Shown here piece after piece: positions 1-8,380 of a stretch of DNA of 56,914 bases. This stretch comes from a bacterium (GTDB lineage Bacteria > Patescibacteriota > Minisyncoccia > 2-02-FULL-40-12 > IGHO2-12-FULL-4). Numbering within the stretch: position 1 is the stretch's first letter; each line of letters starts with the position of its first letter. The notes under the pieces are model-generated. The model searched no databases. It was given only the letters and a program-made list of their open reading frames with translations, and was not told where the DNA came from. Made by a program: the position numbers and the translations under genes. The stretch covers positions 1-56,914 of the forward strand of contig JAUSIQ010000030.1 of NCBI GenBank assembly GCA_030647955.1, read 5' to 3'.

Positions 1-137
1 CTGTTTCCGGAACATTCTTACAGGGCTCACAAGGCTCGCCAGATGAATACAAACCGATTAACTACCTCTGGCTTCAAAAGTTCACTCCGGTCACTGTAGT
101 GGGCAATTCTATCTTCGTCTATCATATTCGAAAGTAA
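1..137 (+). CDS. C-terminal fragment of an unidentified protein entering from the left edge
   Basis: Frame 3 is open from nt 3 to TAA at 135-137 (...GSPDEYKPINYLWLQKFTPVTVVGNSIFVYHIRK*) and is followed by a hairpin terminator. It is too truncated to identify. Confidence 0.3.
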   Translation, partial: VSGTFLQGSQGSPDEYKPINYLWLQKFTPVTVVGNSIFVYHIRK

Positions 138-140
138 ATG

Positions 141-164
141 AAAAAAGAGGCCAAAGCCTCTTTT
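141..164. terminator. Bidirectional intrinsic terminator between convergent genes
   Basis: A6-GAGGC-caaa-GCCTC-T4. It lies between the plus-strand stop (135-137) and the minus-strand stop (163-165). Confidence 0.6.
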
Positions 165-855
165 AGTACCGACTATTCTCCAGACCCACCAGGTGTCCGA
201 CATCATTAATGCTGTCCACAAACCATCCTTGGCGATTGAACCTCAGCCGCGTCAGAGAACAGTTATCAATAATCAATCCCCTGCCAATCAGGACACTTTT
301 AAATTCCAAGATATCTTGCAGAAAGCAACAAAACGCAGTGCCATGCCCAAATATGGCAAATCGCCACTGCCTTCCAGATTGCATATACTCTCCGTTTTTC
401 AAAAAAGTACTTTCAAACCACTCCGACATTCTTCTCTGTACGGTCTTTTGAGATTCCCCTCCCGGAGGAGTAAACCACGGCGAAGTGCCCATAACCTCCA
501 AAGCTAAACCCGGAGCATGGGTTATGGAAAAGACCTCCCCTCTAGACCGGCCCTCCCACTCTCCTTGATCTAGTTCGATGATATCGTTAACCGTGATAAT
601 GTTACTGGCATAATAGTCCAGCCACGCACAGACGGACATAGCTGTTTGTATAGCCCGAGGAAATGGCGAGGAAAAAGCCAGCTCGTAATTTACCCCCTCT
701 TTTTCTAAACGCGTACCTAACGCATTAGCCTGCGAATATCCCAATGGAGTTAGTGGCGCCCCTGCGGTACGTCCCCCAATCAGTTCCGGATGCAGTTGCG
801 CCACAGACTGACCGTGACGAATTAGATCAAAACAAAGTTCAGTATTAGCATGCAT
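163..855 (-). CDS. Histidine phosphatase family protein (phosphoglycerate mutase-like)
   Basis: N-terminal catalytic RHG motif (FDLIRHGQS) and a later GHG. I prefer the ATG at 855, which overlaps the upstream stop as TGATG; the ORF track extends to 876. Confidence 0.75.
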   Translation of the reverse strand: MHANTELCFDLIRHGQSVAQLHPELIGGRTAGAPLTPLGYSQANALGTRLEKEGVNYELAFSSPFPRAIQTAMSVCAWLDYYASNIITVNDIIELDQGEWEGRSRGEVFSITHAPGLALEVMGTSPWFTPPGGESQKTVQRRMSEWFESTFLKNGEYMQSGRQWRFAIFGHGTAFCCFLQDILEFKSVLIGRGLIIDNCSLTRLRFNRQGWFVDSINDVGHLVGLENSRY

Positions 856-2156
856 CAGACTGATCTCCTTTCGCAATTTGTATTAATATCTGCTGAACGA
901 CTAATATGACAATCTGGCACGTCTTCAGGTAAAATAACTCCCGGCCGAACTTCAGCTTCACGACCAATCTTAACGGCCGGGAAAATGGTCACATTAATAC
1001 CTACTTCGGAATTCATCCCGATAATTACCCCCAGACCCGTCAGCCCCGTATCGATTTTCTTTCCTCGTACTGTGCTGCGATGCGGATGCACTTCTTTTTT
1101 ACCACGCTTAAACTTTTTATTCGCAGCAATCGTTCCTGCTCCAATGTGGCAATCCCGATCTAGAATAGAATCCCCGATAAAATTGCGGTGCAAACTCACC
1201 CCGTCATAGAGTAAACTATTTTTAACCTCACTAAGCGCCCCGACCATCACTCCCCGGCCAACATAGCAATGATCTCGAACCACACTATGCGTTCCGATGA
1301 TCGAGCCTTCTCCAATATAGCATGGGCCGCGGACTACTGCGTTTTCTAAAATCTTCGCTCCTTTTTCTATCACCACCGGGCCATAAATAAAGGCCGAAGG
1401 ATGAATTTCCACATCCCCGCTCATTTCAATATTTCTATTTTGCCAGCGATCCATCGCCCAGCGATTCATAGCCAAAAGATCCCAGGAATATTTTAAAGAA
1501 GGAAGGGAAATATTTTCCGGAAGAATAATGCCTCGTACTCCGCCATTTTTCTTTAGAACACTGCTGAGAGCGGATTCAAACGAATACTCTTGATCAAAGT
1601 GTTCCAATGCTTCCAGAAACCAGTAGGGCAAGGCATAGACGCCCAAAATTCTTGTATCACCGATATAATTTTCGGGCTTTTCGACGATTTTGGAAACATT
1701 AAACTGATCAATTTGCATAATCCCGAAATTCCAAGGAGTCAACGTTTTTTGACCAAAGAGGACTACTTGCCTATCAAGCAGCTTTAACGCTCGCCGCTGG
1801 GCATTCACCAATTCTCCAGCCGCAACCTGGCTAGCATTGAGAACCAAAAAATTTCTGGCAGGCTGTAAGAATTCTCTGGCTCGCAGAATAGCCTCGCCCA
1901 TCCCCAAGGGCTTGAGTTGCACAACATACTGAATTTTCACCTGCCATTTTTTGCCATCACTAAAAAACTCCTGTATCGCCCGCTCTTTTTCTCCCACCAC
2001 CACAACGAGATCATCGATACCCGCTTTTTGTAAACCCGCAATCGTATAGGCCAGGATGGGCTTCCCGTCACCAATTTCATACATGCTCTTATGCCGATCT
2101 TGCGCCAGTGGCCAAAATCTTGAACAGTTTCCCGCCGCCAAAATGATTGCTTGCAT
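855..2156 (-). CDS. Sugar-1-phosphate nucleotidyltransferase with C-terminal left-handed beta-helix (GlmU-like architecture)
   Basis: MQAIILAAGNCSRFWPL is a nucleotidyltransferase G-loop. The C-terminal half has hexapeptide-repeat character (IGEGSIIG..VGRGVMVG..IGAGTIA). The start is placed at the internal ATG 2156 because the longer ORF overlaps the ftsQ-like gene. Confidence 0.7.
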   Translation of the reverse strand: MQAIILAAGNCSRFWPLAQDRHKSMYEIGDGKPILAYTIAGLQKAGIDDLVVVVGEKERAIQEFFSDGKKWQVKIQYVVQLKPLGMGEAILRAREFLQPARNFLVLNASQVAAGELVNAQRRALKLLDRQVVLFGQKTLTPWNFGIMQIDQFNVSKIVEKPENYIGDTRILGVYALPYWFLEALEHFDQEYSFESALSSVLKKNGGVRGIILPENISLPSLKYSWDLLAMNRWAMDRWQNRNIEMSGDVEIHPSAFIYGPVVIEKGAKILENAVVRGPCYIGEGSIIGTHSVVRDHCYVGRGVMVGALSEVKNSLLYDGVSLHRNFIGDSILDRDCHIGAGTIAANKKFKRGKKEVHPHRSTVRGKKIDTGLTGLGVIIGMNSEVGINVTIFPAVKIGREAEVRPGVILPEDVPDCHISRSADINTNCERRSV

Positions 2157-2226
2157 TATGCACCTTTTTTTAAGGATCTTCTCTCTCAAAGAAATAGCAT
2201 AAATAAAAAAACCGGACAAACGTCCA

Positions 2227-3033
2227 TTACTTGAAGTAGATGCGGTTGGGGATCCGGGCGTCAACATATTGTAACAAACTTCTCTGCTCCATAGAAACTT
2301 TATTGGCAAGGAAAATGGAGAGCGCTTTGATTTGTGGAGATAAAGGTTCATTCGTGCTGAGATAAATTTCCCACCCTTCGGTAGTTTTAACATTCACTCG
2401 GAAAAGTTCTTCCGGAATGATCGCCTTCGCTAAACCCACCTTCGCCTTGGTCATTTCTTTTTGCAACCCCATCATCCAGGAAAACTGTTCAGTATTAGTC
2501 ACCAGTTGACCTAATGCTCCCGAAGAGCTTACATAGTCCTCTACCATTAAGAATAATGTACCGGAAGATTCGGTCGCATGATCAAAAATAACTCCTTCCT
2601 GGTCAAAATAAAAACAGGCATTCTGCTTTTTAAAACACCAGATCCCCACTCCTTCGCGGTGACTAGCCTGGACAATTAATTTATGAGAATGATCTTTCTT
2701 AACCTGAATATCTTTTAAAACCGGAAAACGTTCGGCTAATAAAAGCGCTAACTTCTCTTTATTTGGCAAAAAAATATTATTAGATCTCTTTATAAAAAAA
2801 GTCTTCTCCTCCAGATACTCATCAATCGTTTTTTGGATTTGCTCATTACTGATAAAACTTTTCTGCTCGATAGCAATATCGGTCACTGCCATCAACTGAG
2901 AAAAAAAGAGGGCATAAAAAACACCGACGACGATCGCCCCAAAGATCGCTAAATAGACGGCCACAATGGCCGCAAACTTTCTTCGCTTTTTAGAGCGGTA
3001 AGCATCCTGATAAGTTTGGTTGATAGTACGCAA
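2227..3033 (-). CDS. ftsQ: FtsQ/DivIB-like cell-division protein (single TM plus POTRA-like region)
   Basis: Basic N-terminus, one TM segment (FAAIVAVYLAIFGAIVVGVFYALFF), then a POTRA-like segment. The context is cell-wall genes. The start is TTG. Confidence 0.55.
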   Translation of the reverse strand: MRTINQTYQDAYRSKKRRKFAAIVAVYLAIFGAIVVGVFYALFFSQLMAVTDIAIEQKSFISNEQIQKTIDEYLEEKTFFIKRSNNIFLPNKEKLALLLAERFPVLKDIQVKKDHSHKLIVQASHREGVGIWCFKKQNACFYFDQEGVIFDHATESSGTLFLMVEDYVSSSGALGQLVTNTEQFSWMMGLQKEMTKAKVGLAKAIIPEELFRVNVKTTEGWEIYLSTNEPLSPQIKALSIFLANKVSMEQRSLLQYVDARIPNRIYFK

Positions 3034-3035
3034 AG

Positions 3036-3122
3036 CTAGTTTATAAAGTTATAAAGTTCATCAGGTTATAAAGTTTGCAGAAATACTTTATAAACTTTAA
3101 GACCTTGAAAAACTTGATGAAC
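3036..3122. repeat. AT-rich palindromic intergenic repeat, copy 1 (TTATAAAGT / TTCATCAAGT word family)
   Basis: The left arm is GTTTATAAAGTTATAAAGTTCATCAGGTTATAAAGT. The right arm is ACTTTATAAACTTTAAGACCTTGAAAAACTTGATGAAC. It exactly fills the alr-ftsQ gap. Confidence 0.8.
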
Positions 3123-4256
3123 TCAAAGATATATCCTGGGCAATAGCGGATTAATTCTCGAAACTACTTCGTAGCTGATCGTTCCCAATTTTTGGGCGAT
3201 TTCTTCGGGGGTAATCTTCTCTTCTCCGCTTTGTCCGATTAATACTGCCTCATCCCACACTTTCACTGCCGACACCGCACTAACGTCCGCCACACAGAGA
3301 TTCATCGAAACTCTTCCTAATATTTTACACGATTGCTCATGGATAAGCACTCGGCCGATCGAGGAAAGCCCCCGAAAAAACCCATCGTAATATCCTACCG
3401 GCAAAACTGCGATGGTCGAATCCCTCCGCACTTTTTCCGTAATACCATAACCCACCGGCGTACCCTTTTTTATTTTTTTCACTTGCACCACGCGCGTCTT
3501 CCAGCTCAAAGCCGGTTCTAATCCGAAACCCCCGAAACTTTCTTGAAATTTATCTGATGGCCATAGGCCATAAAAACCAATTCCTACCCGAATAAGATCA
3601 AAGCTGGCTTCTGGTAAAGAGAAAAAGGCCGGGGTAGCGGCGGCGTGAATAATTTTAGGATTAATACCATTCGCCTCTAAAACCGCCAAGGCTCCGTGAA
3701 AATTGGCCAGCTGCGTGCGTGCATAAGCGAGGCGTGGAATATCATCGGCGTTAGCAAAATGTGTAAAGACTCCTTCTAACTTAATGTCCGGAAAGTTTTT
3801 TAGATTTTGAATAAATACCGGTAAATCTTCAGACAATACTCCCTGGCGCGACATTCCACTATCAATTTTTAAATGCCAATCGATATGCCTCTTATGAGGC
3901 GAAGCGGTTTTAAAAAATTCCTCTCCGTAAAGAGTGAGCTTAATTTTATTTTTTACTGCTAGTGCCAGGGCCTCCACGGGAGTGTAGCCTAAAACTAAAA
4001 TTGGTGCCTTAACTTTCGCTTTTCTTAAAGCCACGGCCTCGTTTAAATTGTCCGTTCCGATCCAATCCGCTCCGTATTTTAAAAATAGCTTAGCGGTTTC
4101 GACTAAACCATGCCCATAGGCGTTGGATTTCACCACCGCCATGATAATTTTTCCCTGAGATAATCGCCTAATCACTCGCACATTATTTTCCAGGGTCGCT
4201 TTCGACACCTCTATCCAGGTTTTTAGATTAGCACGATCCATATAGCCAAAGTGCAC
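3123..4256 (-). CDS. alr: Alanine racemase
   Basis: PLP-lysine motif AVVKSNAYGHG and typical length. The true start may be ATG 4241 (MDRANLKTW...). Confidence 0.9.
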   Translation of the reverse strand: MHFGYMDRANLKTWIEVSKATLENNVRVIRRLSQGKIIMAVVKSNAYGHGLVETAKLFLKYGADWIGTDNLNEAVALRKAKVKAPILVLGYTPVEALALAVKNKIKLTLYGEEFFKTASPHKRHIDWHLKIDSGMSRQGVLSEDLPVFIQNLKNFPDIKLEGVFTHFANADDIPRLAYARTQLANFHGALAVLEANGINPKIIHAAATPAFFSLPEASFDLIRVGIGFYGLWPSDKFQESFGGFGLEPALSWKTRVVQVKKIKKGTPVGYGITEKVRRDSTIAVLPVGYYDGFFRGLSSIGRVLIHEQSCKILGRVSMNLCVADVSAVSAVKVWDEAVLIGQSGEEKITPEEIAQKLGTISYEVVSRINPLLPRIYL

Positions 4257-4284
4257 CGAAATTATTTTACTGAGCGAGGGCTAT

Positions 4285-5589
4285 TTACTTTCGGAATTTC
4301 ACTTCTTTAATGCCAAAAGTATAACGCTGTAAGGCTTTAGGAATTTTGACCGAGTCTTTAGTCTGATAGTTCTCCATAATGGCCAATAAAATTCGGCCAA
4401 TCGCAAAAGCCGTGCCGTTAATCGTATGCACCAGTTCTGATTTACCTTCGGCATTCTTAAAGCGAGCCTTCAGGCGACGAGATTGAAAGTCAGTAGAGTT
4501 AGAAGTGGAGTGTGTCTCACGATACTTACCTTCCGCCGGAAACCAAGATTCAAGGTCGTATTGCTTAGCATCGGTCCAAACCATATCTCCAGTACAGATG
4601 AGCATAGCTCGATAAGGAATACCCAGTTCCTGCATCATCGTTTCCTGTAGCGTCAAAAAGAGATCATGTTCAATTTTTGATTTTTCAGGGTGAGCAAAAG
4701 AAAACATCTCTAGTTTATCAAACTGATGCACTCTAAACATGCCCTTTACATCCTTGCCATAAGAACCGGCTTCACGGCGAAAAGCCGTAGAAAAAGCAAT
4801 GTGTCGATGCGGCAAACTTTCCGCAGGCAAGGTCTCCTCCCAATGCATCGCTCCGGTGGTGTGTTCGGCACTGCCAATCAAAAACAAGTCATCGTTGGGC
4901 AAATAGTATCTTTCTTCTTCCTGCCCAGGGTCCAGTTTTCCCATAGCTCGAAAAGCTTCTGGCTTAATCATCACCGGCGGAATCAAGGGAATAAAGGATC
5001 GACTATCCGCCTCCAGCTTATTTTGTTTGATTACCTTGGCCAAGTAATTTTTATTAGCAAGGCGTTCCATTATAAAATTGATAATTGCGAATTCAAGCAG
5101 GGGGGCTTCGTGCTTTAAATAACCGAATCGTGACCCGGAAACTTTTGCACCCTTTTCCATATCAATCCAATCCAGTTTTTCGCCCAACTCAATGTGCGAC
5201 AAAGGAGCAAAAGAAAATTTCGGCTTCTTACCCACTTCCCTTAGAACCTGATTCCCAGTTTCGTCTTTACCTACCGGAACATCCTCAAAAGGAACGTTCG
5301 GCAAACTATACATACCCGCCTGCAATTCCGCTTCTATACCCTTCAACTCTTCTTCTAGCGTTTTTAGTTTTTCCTTAAGTTTCTTTAATTCTTCTAACTC
5401 TTCGGGTGCCTTCGGTCCCCCTCTTGATCTTTTGTTCTGTTCGGCTCGGCCTGCCTCAATTTCTTGAAGTAAGGTTTTTTGTTTCGTATCCAATGCCAAA
5501 ATCTTATCGACATCGGCCTTGGCTTGTCGATTTTTTACCGCTTCCTTAACTTTCTCTGGATTTTGTCTAACGAATTTAATATCGAGCAT
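4285..5589 (-). CDS. serS: Seryl-tRNA synthetase
   Basis: MLDIKFVRQNPEKV start, N-terminal coiled-coil arm and a class II core (FRRE..GS, GTAFAIGR). Confidence 0.92.
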   Translation of the reverse strand: MLDIKFVRQNPEKVKEAVKNRQAKADVDKILALDTKQKTLLQEIEAGRAEQNKRSRGGPKAPEELEELKKLKEKLKTLEEELKGIEAELQAGMYSLPNVPFEDVPVGKDETGNQVLREVGKKPKFSFAPLSHIELGEKLDWIDMEKGAKVSGSRFGYLKHEAPLLEFAIINFIMERLANKNYLAKVIKQNKLEADSRSFIPLIPPVMIKPEAFRAMGKLDPGQEEERYYLPNDDLFLIGSAEHTTGAMHWEETLPAESLPHRHIAFSTAFRREAGSYGKDVKGMFRVHQFDKLEMFSFAHPEKSKIEHDLFLTLQETMMQELGIPYRAMLICTGDMVWTDAKQYDLESWFPAEGKYRETHSTSNSTDFQSRRLKARFKNAEGKSELVHTINGTAFAIGRILLAIMENYQTKDSVKIPKALQRYTFGIKEVKFRK

Positions 5590-5591
5590 AG

Positions 5592-5687
5592 GCGCTTCGT
5601 AAACTAGTTTATCAGGTTATAAAGTTTTCAAGTTCATCAAGTCGGATCCCCACTTTACAAACATTACAACTTTATGAACTTTATAAC
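5592..5687. repeat. AT-rich palindromic intergenic repeat, copy 2
   Basis: GTTTATCAGGTTATAAAGTTTTCAAGTTCATCAAGT / ACTTTACAAACATTACAACTTTATGAACTTTATAAC. It fills the lysS-serS gap. Confidence 0.8.
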
Positions 5688-7169
5688 TTATTTTGGTTTC
5701 ATTAATGGGAATAAAATTACCTCCCTAATACTATGACTATTGGTTAGTAAAACGCTTAAACGATCAATACCAATACCGATGCCGGCCGCCGGAGGCATGC
5801 CATACTCTAAAGACTCGATAAAATCTTCATCTAAGCGCTGAGCATCTTCATCGCCCCGCTCGCGATTCTTTTCCTGCATCTCAAACCTCTCTCGTTGATC
5901 TTGCGGATCATTCAACTCGGAAAAACCGTTGGCTACCTCCATGGCACCTACTAAAAGCTGGAAGCGGGCCACATGATTAGAATCAACAGTGCTGGACTCG
6001 GAACCTTTTTCCAGTTTCTTTGCTAATGGAGAAATATCCAAGGGATGATTAATAACAAAGATGGGATTGATCAGATTCGGCCGTGCCACTTTTTTATAAA
6101 TCTCATCCGCAATCACTCCTTTGGACATTTTCTTTTCAATGGTAATGCCTAATTCTTGCGCCTTTTTCTTGAGATCTTCTTCGTCCACTTCATCATAATC
6201 CAACCCGGAATATTTTTTCAACAGTTCATTAAACTCAATTCTAGGAAAGGGTTCCTTAAAGCTAATTTTTCCGGAAGCATGCTCCAGAACCGGTTCTCCA
6301 AATAGAGCCGCGACTAAAGTGCGGAATAATTCTTCGGTAAAGCTCATCATCCACTGATAGTCTTGATAAGCAGCGTAAAATTCGAGCATCGTAAATTCAG
6401 GATTATGTTCCCGATCCATTCCCTCGTTGCGGAAATTACGATTCATCTCAAAGATGCGCTCAAAACCACCCACCAATAAACGCTTCAGATACAATTCCGG
6501 GGCAATACGCAGATAAAGGTCCAGGTCGAGAGCATTCAAATGAGTTTTGAATGGAGCGGCGTTTGCTCCTCCAGCCATGTTCTGCAGCATCGGAGTTTCC
6601 ACTTCCACAAACTCATGCTGTAAAAGGAAATTTCTAATCTCTTGGATAATCTTGGAACGCAACAAAGCTTTTTCTTTTACTTCGGGATTAAAAATCAAAT
6701 CCAGATATTTTTTTCGAAAACGCTCCTCTACATCTTGCAAGCCATGCCACTTTTCAGGCAAAGGCAAAAGCGCCTTGGACAAGACTCGATACTTTTCTAC
6801 TTCTAAAGTTTTTTCTTCTTTCTTGGTTTTAAATAAAAAGCCAGAGACTTCAATAAAATCTCCCACCTCTACGGAGTTTACGAAAAGATCGTATTCGTAT
6901 TCACTAACCACGTCTTTTTTGAGGTAAGACTGAATGCGGCCGCTACCGTCCTCTAGATCCAAAAAGGTCGAAGCGCCATGAGAGCGCATCGCCATCACTC
7001 GCCCAACTAAAACGAGCCGCCTCTTCTCTTCAGCAAGAGCATCAAAATCATCCAAAGCCTGCTTTATTTTATGCGTCCGCCAAGATTTGGACGGATATGG
7101 GTTAACCCCTGCTTTCTTAAGCAAGTTTAGTTTATCTAGTTTTGTTTTTCGTAATTCTTCTAAAGACAT
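5688..7169 (-). CDS. lysS: Lysyl-tRNA synthetase, class II
   Basis: OB-fold N-domain plus class II motifs (FRNEG.., GIGIDRL). The start is set at ATG 7169 (MSLEELRKTKL), which has TGCTATATT 10 nt upstream. The ORF track's 7238 start adds an implausible extension. Confidence 0.92.
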   Translation of the reverse strand: MSLEELRKTKLDKLNLLKKAGVNPYPSKSWRTHKIKQALDDFDALAEEKRRLVLVGRVMAMRSHGASTFLDLEDGSGRIQSYLKKDVVSEYEYDLFVNSVEVGDFIEVSGFLFKTKKEEKTLEVEKYRVLSKALLPLPEKWHGLQDVEERFRKKYLDLIFNPEVKEKALLRSKIIQEIRNFLLQHEFVEVETPMLQNMAGGANAAPFKTHLNALDLDLYLRIAPELYLKRLLVGGFERIFEMNRNFRNEGMDREHNPEFTMLEFYAAYQDYQWMMSFTEELFRTLVAALFGEPVLEHASGKISFKEPFPRIEFNELLKKYSGLDYDEVDEEDLKKKAQELGITIEKKMSKGVIADEIYKKVARPNLINPIFVINHPLDISPLAKKLEKGSESSTVDSNHVARFQLLVGAMEVANGFSELNDPQDQRERFEMQEKNRERGDEDAQRLDEDFIESLEYGMPPAAGIGIGIDRLSVLLTNSHSIREVILFPLMKPK

Positions 7170-7179
7170 AGCTTTTGTA

Positions 7180-7188
7180 AATATAGCA
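7180..7188 (-). promoter_or_regulatory. Extended -10 box (TGCTATATT) 10 nt upstream of the lysS ATG
   Basis: Reverse complement of aatatagca. No SD lies between it and the ATG. Confidence 0.45.
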
Positions 7189-7247
7189 AAATCAAAGCAA
7201 AAAGAAAACCCGCCTAGTCCTGGGCAGGTTAATCGCATTCTACTTGA

Positions 7248-7685
7248 TTAGCTTTGAAGAAACTTTATTACCGGCTCGTATTTTTTCACTTTGGCCGCAT
7301 CGGGATTAAAACCTAATCCCGAGTAGCATGCCGCCAAACATTGCTTCTTTTCTTTATCGGTCAAATAAAGTGAGTATAGAACTTCAAGATCGACCTGGCC
7401 AATAATTAAATTGGTAATGGCCACCGTAAGTTTGGCTTGCCTATCCCGCTGTTTTTTCTCTTCTTTTTTGGCCAAGGAGGTGGGTCGATATTTTCCCACC
7501 TCGGCCATGACCGTGCGAGGTCCTTCCCACCTTCTCTGTCTTCTCCAGACTAGACTATAAATGGAATAAACCGAGAAGATCAACGCCCCCACACGACATA
7601 TCCAAGCATACCCAGTCTCACCCATCGCAGAGAATACAATGGAAAGAACAAAAAGAATTATACCCCCAAAAGCACTAAACCACAT
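7248..7685 (-). CDS. Hypothetical membrane protein (two N-terminal TM segments)
   Basis: ORF with a hydrophobic N-terminus followed by a charged region. No recognisable motif. Confidence 0.5.
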   Translation of the reverse strand: MWFSAFGGIILFVLSIVFSAMGETGYAWICRVGALIFSVYSIYSLVWRRQRRWEGPRTVMAEVGKYRPTSLAKKEEKKQRDRQAKLTVAITNLIIGQVDLEVLYSLYLTDKEKKQCLAACYSGLGFNPDAAKVKKYEPVIKFLQS

Positions 7686-7840
7686 AGCAATCCCCGATTT
7701 TATAATGGCTTTATCTGGTATTCATTCATTTTTCCGTATTTACCATTCTGTGTCAAAAAGAAATTTCAATAATATGCCCCTTGGAGCGTACATCGGTCAA
7801 ACTAAAAAGCCCCACCGTGGCGGGACTTTTTGAAAAGTAT

Positions 7841-8302
7841 TTAGAGTACTTCGAGAATTTTGTATTTTACTACACCTTTAGGAGTTTTAACTTCTATTTC
7901 GCTTCCCTTTTTCTCACCTAAGAATGATTTACCCAAAGGAGATTCGTTGGAGATAAAGCCCTTGATCGGATTGGATTCAGAAGCACCGACGATCGTAAAA
8001 GTGTGTTCTCCGACCGGAGATTTTACTTTAACAGTTGAACCCACATCGACTAACTGGCCAGAGATGTGCGAAATTAATTGCGCGTTTTTGATGACATTTT
8101 CCAACTCCTCAATACGTCCTTCGTTAAAGGCTTGGCGCTCTTTCTCTTCCTGGTATTCGGCGTTTTCAGCTAAATCACCCAGATCTCGAGCCTCGGCAAT
8201 ACGCCCCGCGATCTCTTTTCGCAAGGTATATTTGCGGTCTTCGAGCTCTTTCTTTAGTTTTTCCAGCCCTTCCGGACTGAAATATTGTCCTTTATTTCCC
8301 AT
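7841..8302 (-). CDS. greA: Transcription elongation factor GreA
   Basis: Coiled-coil N-domain (ARDLGDLAENAEYQEEKE) plus a C-terminal FKBP-like domain. Typical 153 aa. Confidence 0.92.
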   Translation of the reverse strand: MGNKGQYFSPEGLEKLKKELEDRKYTLRKEIAGRIAEARDLGDLAENAEYQEEKERQAFNEGRIEELENVIKNAQLISHISGQLVDVGSTVKVKSPVGEHTFTIVGASESNPIKGFISNESPLGKSFLGEKKGSEIEVKTPKGVVKYKILEVL

Positions 8303-8380
8303 ATTTTTGGTGTTCCGGTTCTTATACTAACAATGAAGAAAATGTAGTTTAACAAGACTCTTAAATAAAATCAAGGGCTT

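Noticed and set aside
27-221. 64-aa minus-strand ORF at the left edge
   Set aside because: It spans the bidirectional terminator and overlaps both the histidine phosphatase 3' end and the plus-strand C-terminal fragment.
193-507. Numerous 60-156-aa ORFs antisense to or nested in large genes (for example 193-507, 7860-8330, 20287-20637, 37789-38364, 45136-45564, 49038-49472, 56129-56716)
   Set aside because: Each lies wholly inside a well-supported CDS on the other strand or in another frame. They have biased, low-complexity translations and no independent expression signals.
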